Assembly: GCA_964016885.1 (NCBI GenBank)
Contig: OZ024755.1
Coordinates: 35,464,001-35,528,000, forward strand
Direction: 5' to 3'
DNA length: 64,000 bases
Source: Eledone cirrhosa
Taxonomy: Eukaryota
Shown piece by piece: positions 1 through 12,077 of the stretch. The notes beneath the pieces are model-generated. The model saw only the letters and a list, made by a program, of their open reading frames with translations. It did not search any database and was not told the origin of the DNA. The translations under genes were made by a program, and so were the position numbers. The number at the start of each line of letters is the position of its first letter. Positions within the stretch are counted from its first letter, which is position 1.

Positions 1-307
1 TAAAAAGCAAAGTTAACCACGGCGGGATTTGAACTCAGAATGGAAAGGGCCACAACTCTATGCGTCAAAGCATGGCGTCCGACCCTCTACCAATGCTGCC
101 AATCCACCGCCCTGGGTTGTATAAAAATATAATAATATCATTGTTTCTACTTTAGGCACAAGGCCAGCAATTACCCAGTGCATTACTGGTACTTTATTTT
201 ATCGACCCCGTAAGGATGAAAAGCAAAGTCAACCTCGGCGGGATTTGAACTCAGATCGTAAAGGGACATAACTATGCTGGAAAGCATGGCGTCCGACCCT
301 CTACCAA
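1..307 (-). mobile_element. Two copies (first partial) of tRNA-derived SINE family A
   Basis: Reverse complement has A-box-like TGGCAGYATYGG and B-box GAGTTCAAATCC, then TTTGCCTTTCATCCTTACGGGGTCGATAAAATAAAGTACCAG. More than 20 related copies occur in the window. Confidence 0.85.
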
Positions 308-379
308 TCATTGAACAGTAATGGTAAAGGAAAGAAAAAAGAGGCGGTGGGGCAATTCACCACCAAGTGCGAAAATCAG

Positions 380-514
380 CCGCACCTCAGACCTTAGGGG
401 TTTACTACAAACTTTGAGGCAAGCCAACATGCTTGCAGCATTACCACAAGTGATGGCAAGACTAAGGTACTGAAATAACCAGGCAGCCTCACGGGCATCA
501 CCTACATATACCAT
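380..514 (-). pseudogene. C-terminal relic of an RLE-type (CRE-like) non-LTR retrotransposon ORF
   Basis: GDAREAAWLFQYLSLAITCGNAASML matches the GDPRExxWLxQRLSLAxxRGNAASIL end motif of CRE-like elements. Confidence 0.6.
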
Positions 515-1085
515 TTTTGTTGTGTGTGATGCACATTTTACAAGAGTAGATGAATAGGAGGTTGAGGTGAGATAAACAGTGGACGCAGCGGGGTAGCTGG
601 CAGAGTGAGGGAGAGTAAAAGTGAGAGGGAGAAAGGGGAAGAGTTAACAGCAACAAAGTAGCTTGGGAGAAAGAGAGAATAGGTCACAGCAAAAACTTAA
701 TAAACATTTTGTGAAGAAACAGGGGCTGCGTGGTTGCTGGATAAGGTGGATTTATAAATAAGAGGAAAGCACGAATGGGGGATAATTTCCCTTCATCAGT
801 TGTTTGCTGGAGATCACGGACATTTCTATGCATTAAAGACAATATGTCTAGTTCCAGCGCATCAATAACTAAAGGAAGTTATAGGGCGAAAAATGAGAGA
901 GAAAAAATATAACAGAAGGGAAAAAAGAAAGAAAAATGGGCGCTAAATGATGATAATAACAAATATATATATATATATAATTGTTTCTACGTTAGGCACA
1001 AAGCCAGCAATACCCAGTGCATTACTGGTACTTTATTTTATCGACCCCGTAAGGATGAAAGGCAAAGTTAACCTTGGCGGGATTT

Positions 1086-1282
1086 GCACAGCATCTCTCC
1101 ATTTGTCACGGTCCTTCATCATCTCCTCCGTGAGCTTCAACGATCTGAGGTCAGCTCTCACCAACTTCACTCATGTTTTTTGTGGTCTTCCTCTACTGTG
1201 TCTTCCTTCTACTGGGATTTCTTGGCACTTCTTTACCCAGCGGTCATCCTCCATGACCATCACATGTCCATACTATCTCAGT
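1086..1282 (-). pseudogene. RTE-clade LINE ORF 3' relic, fused to a truncated SINE A (978-1085)
   Basis: Minus translation LR*YGHVMVMEDDRWVKKCQEIPVEGRHSRGRPQKT*VKLVRADLRSLKLTEEMMKDRDKWRDAV has the RTE C-terminal WYGHV, RGRPxKTW and DRxxWR motifs, with stops. Confidence 0.8.
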
Positions 1283-1520
1283 ATCATTACAATATATATA
1301 TATATATATATATATATTGTAATGATACAAATCACAAAGTAATATTTTATATCGTTTATATATATATTTTATTTTCCTCTGCCCTTTTTTCAGTTTTCAT
1401 TATACATTATACATATATATATACACAAATACATAAGTATTTATGTATGCATATCTATGAATACATATGTATGTATATTATATATATGTGTATGCATGTC
1501 TATGTATGCATATGTATGTA

Positions 1521-1561
<41 letters not shown>

Positions 1562-1577
1562 ATGTACATGTATATAT

Positions 1578-1916
1578 ATCATCATTTCATTTTACGTCCG
1601 CTTTTTCCCTGCTTGCAAGGGTGGGACGGGAACTGATTCTGGCTTGATTTCTACAGCTGGATGCCCTTCCTAACACCAACCTCATTTACAGTGAGGGCTG
1701 GGTGCTTTTTTGCCGTGGCACCTCCACGACCACTTTACAGTGGAATGATAGGGACCCCAGTCCCTATCATCTCATTTCTACAGCTGAGTAAACTGGAGCA
1801 ATGTGAAATAAAGTGTCTTGCTCAAGGAAACAACACATTACCCGGTCTGAGAATTGAACTCACAATCTTTCGATTGCAAGGCCAATGCTCTAACCACTAA
1901 GCCATATGCCTCCATA
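1578..1916 (-). mobile_element. tRNA-derived CORE-like SINE family B, near full length
   Basis: Head GGAGGCATATGGCTTAGTGGTTAGAGC...GAGTTCAATTC, CORE-like TCCTTGAGCAAGACACTTTATTTC, tail GGAAAAAGCGGACGTAAAATGA. Confidence 0.85.
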
Positions 1917-1918
1917 TG

Positions 1919-1971
<53 letters not shown>

Positions 1972-2426
1972 CACACACACACATGCACACACACAGGGGA
2001 AGAGAGGGGTGGTGGTGGGGGGAGGGTGAAGGAATAGCGATAGATATATGTTTAACAACACACATCTACAGAGAGAGATGGGTGTGTTTGATTGGTACTA
2101 ATTAGCCATAAAAAAAAAACAAGGTTGACCCCAAAACGGAGCTGATAAGAATGTAATGTTTACTTCACTAGTTCACCATGACAACCACAACAAACAAGCC
2201 AAAAAAAATAAGATGATAAAAATAACAATACTAGAAAGAATTGTAACAAGAATGAAAACGGCAAAAAACAGCCCAAAAGACAAACAAAACTTTATTACTT
2301 TGTGCCATAATGAGTGAGACTAAACTACAACAATAACAATAACAAAAGTAAAAAAAAACTTAAATTCAATCTCCTAATTAGAGTTACAAAAACAGAGAGC
2401 AAAAGTCTTTCAACATTCTGAAATAG

Positions 2427-3179
<753 letters not shown>

Positions 3180-3304
3180 AGGTGAGTAATATTGTAGAAC
3201 AATAAAACTATGCATATATCAGATAAGTAGCACTCAACAATTGGTAGAACTGGAGTATATATATTAAAGAAGAAATTAAAAGATGGTTAAAAAAAAGTTC
3301 CATA

Positions 3305-3375
3305 TATTTTATTATGCGCATTTCGAAAACAATATCATCCTGGGACAAAAATTGTGTTCTCATCAGATAAAATAA
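3305..3375 (-). ncRNA. Minimal type I hammerhead ribozyme motif (inverted copy)
   Basis: Reverse complement of the motif at 3744-3813: CTGATGA GAACACAAT...ATTGTTTTC GAAA TGCGCA TA ATAAAATA. Confidence 0.75.
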
Positions 3376-3743
3376 TGTAACATGATATAAAGCCTAAAAA
3401 CACTTGTCAACAAGAAAGTGTCAAGTCAATATATGACAGAAATATAAGAGTAAGAAAAAGATAGGAAAATAGAAGAAAAGCAAAGAAGGAGAAAAAGGAA
3501 AAAGAAATAGAAGAGAGGAAAAAGGGAAAAAAGAAAGAAGGAAGAAAGAGAAAGAGAGAGACTTTTGATCAGGAATGCTGTCAAAATGAAAACAGCAGTA
3601 AATAATGGCTAAATGAGGTGTATGTGCAAATATTATAGATGGTATTTAAATATTAGAGGTCTAAAATATAGAAGCTGGGTATATTATTTTATTATTTTAT
3701 TTTTTTGTTGACAAGTGTTTTTAGGCCTCATATCATGTTACCT

Positions 3744-3813
3744 TATTTTATCTGATGAGAACACAACTTTTGTCCCAGGATGGTGTTGTTTTCGAAATGC
3801 GCATAATAAAATA
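3744..3813 (+). ncRNA. Minimal type I hammerhead ribozyme motif
   Basis: Stem I TATTTTAT/ATAAAATA; core CTGATGA at 3752; stem II GAACACAAC/GTTGTTTTC; GAAA at 3794; palindromic stem III TGCGCA; cleavage site UA. Confidence 0.8.
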
Positions 3814-3852
3814 TATCGAACTTTTTTAACCATCTTTTAATTTCTTCTTTTA

Positions 3853-3920
<68 letters not shown>

Positions 3921-3944
3921 CATATACATATATGTATATATATA

Positions 3945-4065
3945 TCATCATCATCATCATCATCATCATCATTTTACGTCCGCTTTTCCCTGCTTGCAAG
4001 GGTGGGATGGGTCTTATTCAGCACAGCATCTCTCCACTCGTCACGGTCCTTCGTCATCTCCACTC
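3945..4065 (-). mobile_element. 3' end of an RTE LINE with (ATG)n tail
   Basis: Encodes EMTKDRDEWRDAV, then CTTGCAAGCAGGGAAAAGCGGACGTAAAATGATGATG. Confidence 0.7.
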
Positions 4066-4844
4066 TAGTATTTGCAGTGTGATTGCTGGTTGCTATTGGT
4101 GAGTACTATATTTTTCCTGATATTGAGTGCATTTTAGTGCGTTGCTCGGGATTCTAAACATAGATTGGCATGTTTATCCCTCTTTTCTGAAACAGTTTCG
4201 TCATATGTTCACCAATTGATGTAGAAGTCCCAATAAAAAATGAAGTCGCCTTGGGTGAATAGGCAAATAATTTTCCATTAAGATTTTTAAAAAGCATGTA
4301 ATTGCGTTCCCTCTCTTTTTTGTTGTTGTTTTTGCTGCTGTTGGTGTGATAGCAGCCGTTAGTCGTACTACTAACACAGTCTCGTCCTTCTTCAGCCAAT
4401 CGTATATATCCCCTTCTGCTTCGTCAGCAATGAGAACAATATTTGCTCTATATATTAGATATATATTTATCCTTATCGAGCCTCGTGAAATAAATACGTT
4501 TGTTTATATTTTGTTATTGTGTATGCAAAAATATCTGTACACGAATATATAATTATATATATATATATTAAAATAACAGATTAAAGTTTAAGCAAAGAAT
4601 CACTGCTTTCACCTTTAACGGGATCTTCTGAAACGAAAAAAATCAATCTGTGAATGCAGAAGTAAATATTTCGAAAAACGTTACACACTATATATATATA
4701 TATACATATATACACACACACACACACAGATAGTGTCATAATGTCGTAATACAGACATATATTATAAGGGCGTGACGTAGCTATGTATCTATCTAAAAAG
4801 ACAGACTAAGAAAAACAGAGAGATCGCTAAATGGCGCCTAATGC

Positions 4845-5915
4845 GGTCCCTAGGGTATTGAAAATTTGAAATATTCTTTGCTCAAAACACTCACAGGACC
4901 ATAAGTATTACATGTGTACAGTTTGAAAAAAATCGGTTGGGTGGTTCTGGAGTTTTAGGGAGTCAGACAGACAGACATTCTCTGTTTTAGATATATTGAC
5001 TAGCAGAAAACCACCCGGTAGGCGGTTTTCTGCTAGCAAATCTAGTGTATATACTGATATTGTTGAGATTTGGATGAGAAATGTTTTCAGCACCACATGT
5101 TCACAGTCTCTCGGTGTGTCTTTTATGCATGTATAAATATATATGTTATCTATACGGTGAAATCTTTGAAATAAATATATGTTAAAATGAAAAAGGAGAA
5201 AATAAATAACTGGCGGTTAGAAAAAAATATTCCTATGAAATTTTAATTAGGTGTGAATAAGGAAATATTTTTTTATTGTCAAAACAAATGTTCAAAAGTT
5301 AAACTTCAATTTTTTGAATTATTTCCAATTTTTTCATGAAATTGAACACTGGACATTGGCTGCTGGAAATGGAAATTAAATCGTATTTAATTTTATTTAA
5401 ATTTCTAACCTTATTTTATTATTTATATTTTTTCAATAAGAAATAAAAAAAAAAACAACAACAAAAATTGAAGAAAAAAATTGAACAAATCAAACGTAGG
5501 TTATGGAACTGCGCAATCTGATTAATAAATTACCTCATCAGCAGCAACCTTCTTCAAATGGTCCTTATTATCAGCAGCAACAACCACAAATTCAATGGCA
5601 ACCTTCTTCAAACCACAAATTCAATGGCAACCGTCTTCGCATGGTGTCAAGTCAGAACCGCCTCGAACTGGTTACTTCTAGCTTGTGCAAGGTGTCTCTA
5701 TAGCAACCAGCGATTCCCTCGGCCTCAGTGACCAAAGTCAGTGGAAAGGGGAAGGTAATGTTTCTATAGCACGTGTTTTAGCGTCTATTCATTGTCTCTC
5801 GCTATCCCCCTCTCGTAGTCTGTCTCTTTCTTTCACTCTCACTCTCTCTCTACGCACGTGTTTCCACTGTCAGACAGACAGACAGAGAAATTGCTGGTTA
5901 TATATATAAGTAGAT
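4845..5915 (+). mobile_element. Two adjacent non-autonomous Helitron/Helentron-like (DINE-1/Lep1-type) elements
   Basis: Two ends of the form (CAGA)n...TATATAT(T/A)GA at about 4960-4999 and 5870-5915. An ACTAGC...ACCCGG start with a hairpin lies at 4999-5037. Confidence 0.45.
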
Positions 5916-6285
5916 TATAAAGTCGTTCAACCTTATTAATGGAGGCTTCATTAGAGATGACATTAAGAGGCTGCTGATTTGTGTGAGGCTTGCTTTTATA
6001 GATTTAGGATATGGTGATGCCTTATAAGCAACTTTGATGGAGCTGGAAGTAAGTTTGTTCCTGCTCAATGAAATAGAAAACCTTTGATATCATTTATGTT
6101 GGCTCTACAGGGTTGGCAGTCTTGAAATCATATCACTGATACTTTCAGAAAATGAATCCTTACAATAAACATCAAACTAAGCTTCAGGTAACAGTACATA
6201 AAATCTAACTTTACAACCATCTTAGTTTTACACAACTTGAAATCCTAAAAGTTCTTCAAGAAATAAAATGACATTCCATCATTGA

Positions 6286-7202
6286 TATCTATAACTGTTG
6301 CTTGTGGTGGAGCTAAAGGTGAGCAAAGCACTTCCCCACTGGAGCAGATCTATAACTGTTGCTTGTGGTGGAGCTAAAGGTGAGCAAAGCACTGCCCCAC
6401 TGGAGCAGATCTATAACTGTTGCTTGTGGTGGAGCTAAAGGTGAGCAAAGCACTGCCCCACTGGAGCAGATCTATAACTGTTGCTTGTGGTGGAGCTAAA
6501 GGTGAGCAAAGCACTGCCCCACTGGAGCAGATCTATAACTGTTGCTTGTGGTGGAGCTAAAGGTGAGCGAAGCACTGCCCCACTGGAGCAGATCTATAAC
6601 TGTTGCTTGTGGTGGAGCTAAAGGTGAGCAAAGCACTGCCCCACTGGAGCAGATCTATAACTGTTGCTTGTGGTGGAGCTAAAGGTGAGCAAAGCACTGC
6701 CCCACTGGAGCAGATCTATAACTGTTGCTTGTGGTGGAGCTAAAGGTGAGCGAAGCACCGCCCCACTGGAGCAGATCTATAACTGTTGCTTGTGGTGGAG
6801 ATAAAGGTGAGCGAAGCACTGCCCCACTGGAGCAGATCTATAACTGTTGCTTGTGGTGGAGCTAAAGGTGAGTGAAGCACTGCCCCACTGGAGCAGATCT
6901 ATAACTGTTGCTTGTGGTGGAGCTAAACGTGAGCAAAGCACTGCCCCACTGGAGCAGATCTATAACTCTTGCTTGTGGTGGAGATAAAGGTGAGCGAAGC
7001 ACCGCCCCACTGGAGCAGATCTATAACTGTTGCTTGTGGTGGAGATAAAGGTGAGCGAAGCACTGCCCCACTGGAGCAGATCTATAACTGTTGCTTGTGG
7101 TGGAGCTAAAGGTGAGCGAAGCACCGCCCCACTGGAGCAGATCTATAACTGTTACTTGTGGTGGAGATAAAGGTGAGCGAAGCACTGCCCCACTGGAGCA
7201 GA
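6286..7202 (+). repeat. 61-bp minisatellite, about 15 copies
   Basis: Unit TCTATAACTGTTGCTTGTGGTGGAGCTAAAGGTGAGCAAAGCACTGCCCCACTGGAGCAGA; it shifts by 1 nt per 60-nt line. Confidence 0.95.
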
Positions 7203-7485
7203 TACAAACTATGCAGTGTTGAAATGCCTAAACAAAGATCTGGTGTTGGACGTGCAAAAGTCACTTTTGCAAAATGGGGATATTTAAAGGATGGGGATCT
7301 TGTGTGTGACTGTGTCATCGAACCACAGACTACACAGCACCTCCTGATATGTCCCCTGCTGGAACACCCCAGCACAGTATTGGACTTGGCAGAGTTTAAT
7401 GAGAAAGGACAGCAATGTGTTCAGCTGGGTGGAACCACATCTAGCCAAGCTTTGTAGCATTCTTGTAGACACGACAAGAAGAAGT
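6295..7485 (+). mobile_element. 5'-truncated LINE (Vingi/Ingi-like C-terminus) with a 14-bp TSD
   Basis: RSGVGRAKVTFAKWGY...CDC..EPQTTQHLLICP CCHC-type C-terminal motif; (AAG)n tail; TSD ATTGATATCTATAA at 6281-6294 and 7486-7499. Confidence 0.75.
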
Positions 7486-7529
7486 ATTGATATCTATAAA
7501 AAAATTCACCCTTTTCAAAATATATCAGG

Positions 7530-7957
7530 TGCCATGCAAAAAGCACCCAGTCCACACTGTAAAGTAGTCATGTAGATGTCATAACAAAAAGCATCCAGTC
7601 CACACTGTAAAGTGGTCATGTAGGTGTCACAATTAAAAGCACCCAGTCCACACTGTAAAGTAGTTGTGTAGGTGTCCCAATTAAAAGCACCCAGTCCACA
7701 CTGTAAAGTGGTCATGTAGGTGTCACAATTAAAAGTTCCCAGTCCACACTGTAAAGTAGTCATGTAGGTGTCATGACAAAAAGCACCCAGTCCACACTGT
7801 AAAGTAGTCATGTAGGTGTCACAACAAAAAGTACCCAGTCCACACTGTAAAGTGGTAGTGGCGGTGTCACAACTGAAAGCACGCAGTCTACACTGTAAAT
7901 GTGGTTGGCATTAGGAAAGGCATCCAACTGTAGAAATATAGCCAGAATCAGTTCTAT
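7530..7957 (+). repeat. 48-bp tandem repeat (about 8 copies) amplified inside a SINE-B-related element
   Basis: Unit AAAAGCACCCAGTCCACACTGTAAAGTGGTCATGTAGGTGTCACAACA runs into the SINE B tail GGTTGGCATTAGGAAAGGCATCC. Confidence 0.85.
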
Positions 7958-8139
7958 ATAGAACTGATTCTGGCTATATTTCTACAGTTGGATGCCTTTC
8001 CTAATGCCAACCACCTAATGACACCTACATGACCCAACTTTCCATCTATCTATATATTACTTGGACATACAGCATGTTATGAAATATACAATATGTACAT
8101 TGATATATACATCGATATTTCAGAACATCAACACAAATA

Positions 8140-9443
8140 CAGGGTGGGGCATAAAAACTGTTACAAAATAAAATGCAAATAGTTCTTGAAAAAAACATTT
8201 ATTTCAAGATTTGACTTCAACAAATAGTAAGTAATATACTATTAAACAACTGCCCAAAAATTTATTCGAAATGCTTTCCTCTAGCTCTCACTACTGCTCG
8301 AAGACTTGTAGGAAAGTCTTCGATGGCTGCTCGAACAGTTTCCATGGGTATTTTCTCCCATACTTTATTCAGTTTTGATTTTAGAGTTTCAATATTTTGG
8401 CTAGGAGTAGAACAGGCTTCACTCTCAAGAATTGACCATAAGGAAAAATCGAGAGGGTTGAGATCTGGTGATGCCGGAGGCCACTGTTCCTTACTGATCC
8501 ATGCAGGACAATGGTCTCTACACCACTGTTGTGTTACGCAAGCAGTGTGGCTCGTCGCTCCATCTTGTTGGAGAGTCCAAATGTCATAGGCATAAACAGA
8601 TATGCACCATGGCATCAGTGCTCCTTCCAAAATATCCTTTATGCAAAGTTCTTTGTTAATTTTAACTCCTTGAGGAACAAAAATCAGAGGAGACTTCCCT
8701 CTTTCAGAAATGGCTGCCCAAGCCATCACTGATGCTGGTTTCCCTGTTCTGAACACTTTTCCTACACTTGAAGGCATTGATTTGAGACTTTTTGCAAGTA
8801 CTCGATCATTTTGATGATTGTGAGACTGCTGCACAGTGAATAACTTCTCATCTGTAAAGGTCATGTTTTGCAGCGTGCCATCCTTGATACGGTCCAATAA
8901 CAGTTTACTTCTCGAGAGCCTATTTTCAATTGTTGCTGCAGAAAGAAGCTGCCTCTTTTGGAACTTATAGGGTGACATCCCCAGATCATCTCGACATATC
9001 CTCCGTATAGTTCTCGGCGATGTTTCTGCTTCTTCTGCCATTTTTCTCATGGACCTTCTTGGATTACGCCTTATTTTTTCCCTCACACTTTTAACAAGTT
9101 TTGGTGTTCTTGAGGTGCGAGGGTGTCCGAATTGAGGTTTGTCTTTGGGTGTGGAAGTGTCCTTAAATCGATTAATTGTCCTTTTGATCAACATTCTATT
9201 GATCTTAAGAATTTTCCCCAGTTTAAATATCTTGGGTGGAGTCAGGCCTTTTTCATGCTTCTCTATTATGAACTTTCTTTTCAATTCTATGGACATTGAA
9301 AATAGTTAATGGAGTAATTTTCTGAAAAATAGTTAATATGGTTATAGTACATGGATTTGATACAAATATATTGGTTATATTAGCAACATAATGTATTTTT
9401 AAATTGATTTAAAACTTTGTAACAGGAATTATGCCCCACCCTG
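8140..9443 (-). mobile_element. Full-length Tc1/mariner transposon, DD37D (maT) family, 1304 bp
   Basis: 28-bp TIRs CAGGGTGGGGCATAAnnnCTGTTACAAA with 3 mismatches; TA TSDs at 8138-8139 and 9444-9445; encloses a transposase ORF. Confidence 0.93.
8262..9296 (-). CDS. DD37D (maT) transposase, 344 aa, uninterrupted
   Basis: N-terminal HTH region with GHPR (GRPR-like). Catalytic FTDEK, QQDGA and SPDLNPLD, with 37 residues between the second and third Asp. Confidence 0.92.
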   Translation of the reverse strand: MSIELKRKFIIEKHEKGLTPPKIFKLGKILKINRMLIKRTINRFKDTSTPKDKPQFGHPRTSRTPKLVKSVREKIRRNPRRSMRKMAEEAETSPRTIRRICRDDLGMSPYKFQKRQLLSAATIENRLSRSKLLLDRIKDGTLQNMTFTDEKLFTVQQSHNHQNDRVLAKSLKSMPSSVGKVFRTGKPASVMAWAAISERGKSPLIFVPQGVKINKELCIKDILEGALMPWCISVYAYDIWTLQQDGATSHTACVTQQWCRDHCPAWISKEQWPPASPDLNPLDFSLWSILESEACSTPSQNIETLKSKLNKVWEKIPMETVRAAIEDFPTSLRAVVRARGKHFE

Positions 9444-10441
9444 TATATGTGTGTATGTATGTGTGTGTGCTTGTGTGTTGATGCAGCATGCTTGAATGGT
9501 TAAGGAATTCACTTTGAAATGATTTGGTTCTGGGTTTCATCCCATCTTGGTCTATGGGTTACTAGTCTCGAAGTTCCTGTTCTAACGGCTGTCCTCCTCA
9601 AACAATTGTAAAACAATAAACTAACTCTCTACCTACACCTGACTACTGTTTTTATTGTTCAAACACACATATATACATAGATACATATGCATATATAAAT
9701 ATATATATATATCATCATCATCGTTTAATATCCATCTTCCACGCTTGCATGGGTTTGGACGGGAATTTTCCCACTTGAGGCAAGATTGGTTGTCTTGCTC
9801 GTATAGGACTGTCTGGCAGGTTTTCTACAGTTGGATGCCCTTCCTAACACCAACCACATTTACAGTGTGGGACTGGGAAGTTTTTATCGTGTTACCTACA
9901 CGGCCACATTACAGCGTGGACTGTGTGTTTTTTTTGTCGTGATACCTACACGACCTCATTTGTTTAGGACTGGATGTTGTGGTACCAACATAACTTTACA
10001 TCGGAAGGGGGTGGTGTGGATGGGGTGAGGCTAGTGGGACGGGGGTGTATTTTGGTAAGAGGTGCCTACTGACTGTAGTAGGTTTCGCTTGCACTTAGGT
10101 AAGGCAGGTCTTCTGTATTACTGCATAGCGCCAAAGATCTCAGACCAGTGACATTGTCTTGGAGAGGTGTAAGTGTGTGAGGTCAGAATTTATCAAGTCG
10201 TCCCAGGTTTTTCTGGGTCTGCCTACTCCGTGGCTACCGTCTATTTTGATCGATATATATATATATATATATATATATGTATAAATATACACACATTTCT
10301 TAAAAATAGTTCATACACAAAATGCCAGCACCAACAGTTTTCCAAGAGATGTCAACATGAATGGACCTGTTGTTTTTATCTAAAGACATTTTTTCAATTC
10401 CACCCAGCCAATCCCTTCAATCTATCTTATTTCTCATTCTT

Positions 10442-10477
10442 TCTTTTGATGAAGGACTAGTGTCCGAAACGTTAAGA
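10442..10477 (+). ncRNA. Minimal hammerhead motif with a C3>U core change
   Basis: TCTT TTGATGA A GGAC TAGT GTCC GAAA CG TT AAGA: stem I TCTT/AAGA, stem II GGAC/GTCC. Confidence 0.6.
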
Positions 10478-10561
10478 CCCTCTTCCTGTTATATCAAGTG
10501 TTAACCTAATATATACCTCCCATATACTGTACCGATTGTGTTGTTATTTCTGTTTATCTTT

Positions 10562-10595
<34 letters not shown>

Positions 10596-10612
10596 CATGT
10601 ATATATATATAT

Positions 10613-10673
<61 letters not shown>

Positions 10674-10708
10674 CATACATATATATATATAAATATATAT
10701 ATATATAC

Positions 10709-10757
<49 letters not shown>

Positions 10758-11525
10758 CATACATATACATAAATAATTCACTAGCAATAGTTTCAAATAA
10801 TTCCAGTTCACTTATTACTTTTTATATTAATTTATATATTTATATATTTATTGCAGACATGTAATAAAAGTCAACAATAAAAAAGCAACGATAAAAAAAC
10901 AACAATAATTCCATTAAAGTTAAAAGAAATCCATTAAATTTAAAAAAAAGGAAATATTAAATTATTTAATACATTTTTTTTTATTTGAAACCCACTTTGT
11001 TATGTTATAATATATTTTTTTATTTAAATCAATGTACACATATTTTTTATTATGATTGAAAAAAAAAATTAATTAAATGCTTGCTATTATTTGTTTTGTG
11101 CTTTTACTGTTGTTGTTGCTGTGTTTTTTGGAGGGGTGAGTGAGTAGAGAGAGAGTTCTGATAGATGTCATATGTCCCAATATTTCGTTGGATAAAGTGT
11201 TGTAACTTTTCAACCAATTAGTTATAAGTTCAAATTCTACCTGGAGTTGTGACCGATAGATAGCATTAGCAGATGAAAGACCAATAGAAACATTGTTTTT
11301 CTCGGTCAGATTTGATGAAAGCTATCAAATTTTTCTTTCTTTTCATATCCATCACTAGTTTTGTTATCTGTGTTGATGTCTTTCCATCTGAATAAAAGCC
11401 ACAAAGGATATTTTTAGAAGTAAAATATCAACAAGCATCTAATTAGTTAGCTTATCAACTATATGAAAAATATATAATATTAACCCTTTAGTTACCAATC
11501 CAGCTCTGGTTCTATGAAATAAAAC

Positions 11526-11971
11526 TGTAGTAAGCAAAGGCACTACTTACCGTGGTGACACAAATGGGTTGTGCTTGGTAAATCACCGGGCCTGTAAGTC
11601 AGCAGCAGATACCGAGAAATGGCTTCTGCCACTAGAAAATTTGCGCCTTTTTTCTTCACTTCTAAGACTGTTGCAGCTTCTTCTTCAGACAAGCAGGATG
11701 TTATGTAAATCCCTTCCTTGGAGCAACTGGCAAGATGAAACATTTATCAAGGATCTTTGGCCCTCTTGGCAAGGGCCCAGCAACCCCTTACCTAGATATA
11801 TGCCACAACGGCACCTAGCATTTTATTGTAATATTTTAAGAAAAAATAAATCCTTTGTTAATCATCCTCGCAGCATTTTCCTTCCTTATCCGTCTACATG
11901 GACTACCGACCTTACATATGCAGCCTTAACACATCATCTCAATATTATTATAGAGAGCCATTTTGCTAAAA
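11526..11971. mobile_element. Possible solo LTR inserted into an old TTAA-MITE
   Basis: Starts TGTAGTAA and ends TTGCTAAA (imperfect inverted termini), with AAAAC on both sides. It splits an older MITE whose halves lie at 11480-11525 and about 12613-12760. Confidence 0.4.
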
Positions 11972-12000
11972 AAAACACCCATTTTAAAGGTTTCCAGTGA

Positions 12001-12045
12001 AACCCTTTAGCATTTACATTACTCTATATTTACTATTGTATTTTA

Positions 12046-12077
<32 letters not shown>

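Noticed and set aside
5990-6195. Plus-strand micro-exons (GAA|GTAAGT, CAG|GTAACA)
   Set aside because: Stops occur in most frames and no peptide is recognisable; such motifs are expected by chance.
11543-12000. Possible exon (minus-strand GTAAGT donor at 11550; peptide faintly amidohydrolase-like) or the 143-aa plus ORF
   Set aside because: It lies in a segment with LTR-like termini and a short direct repeat, inserted into an old MITE. The catalytic His residues are absent and the acceptor is weak. Not excluded; RNA-seq would settle it.
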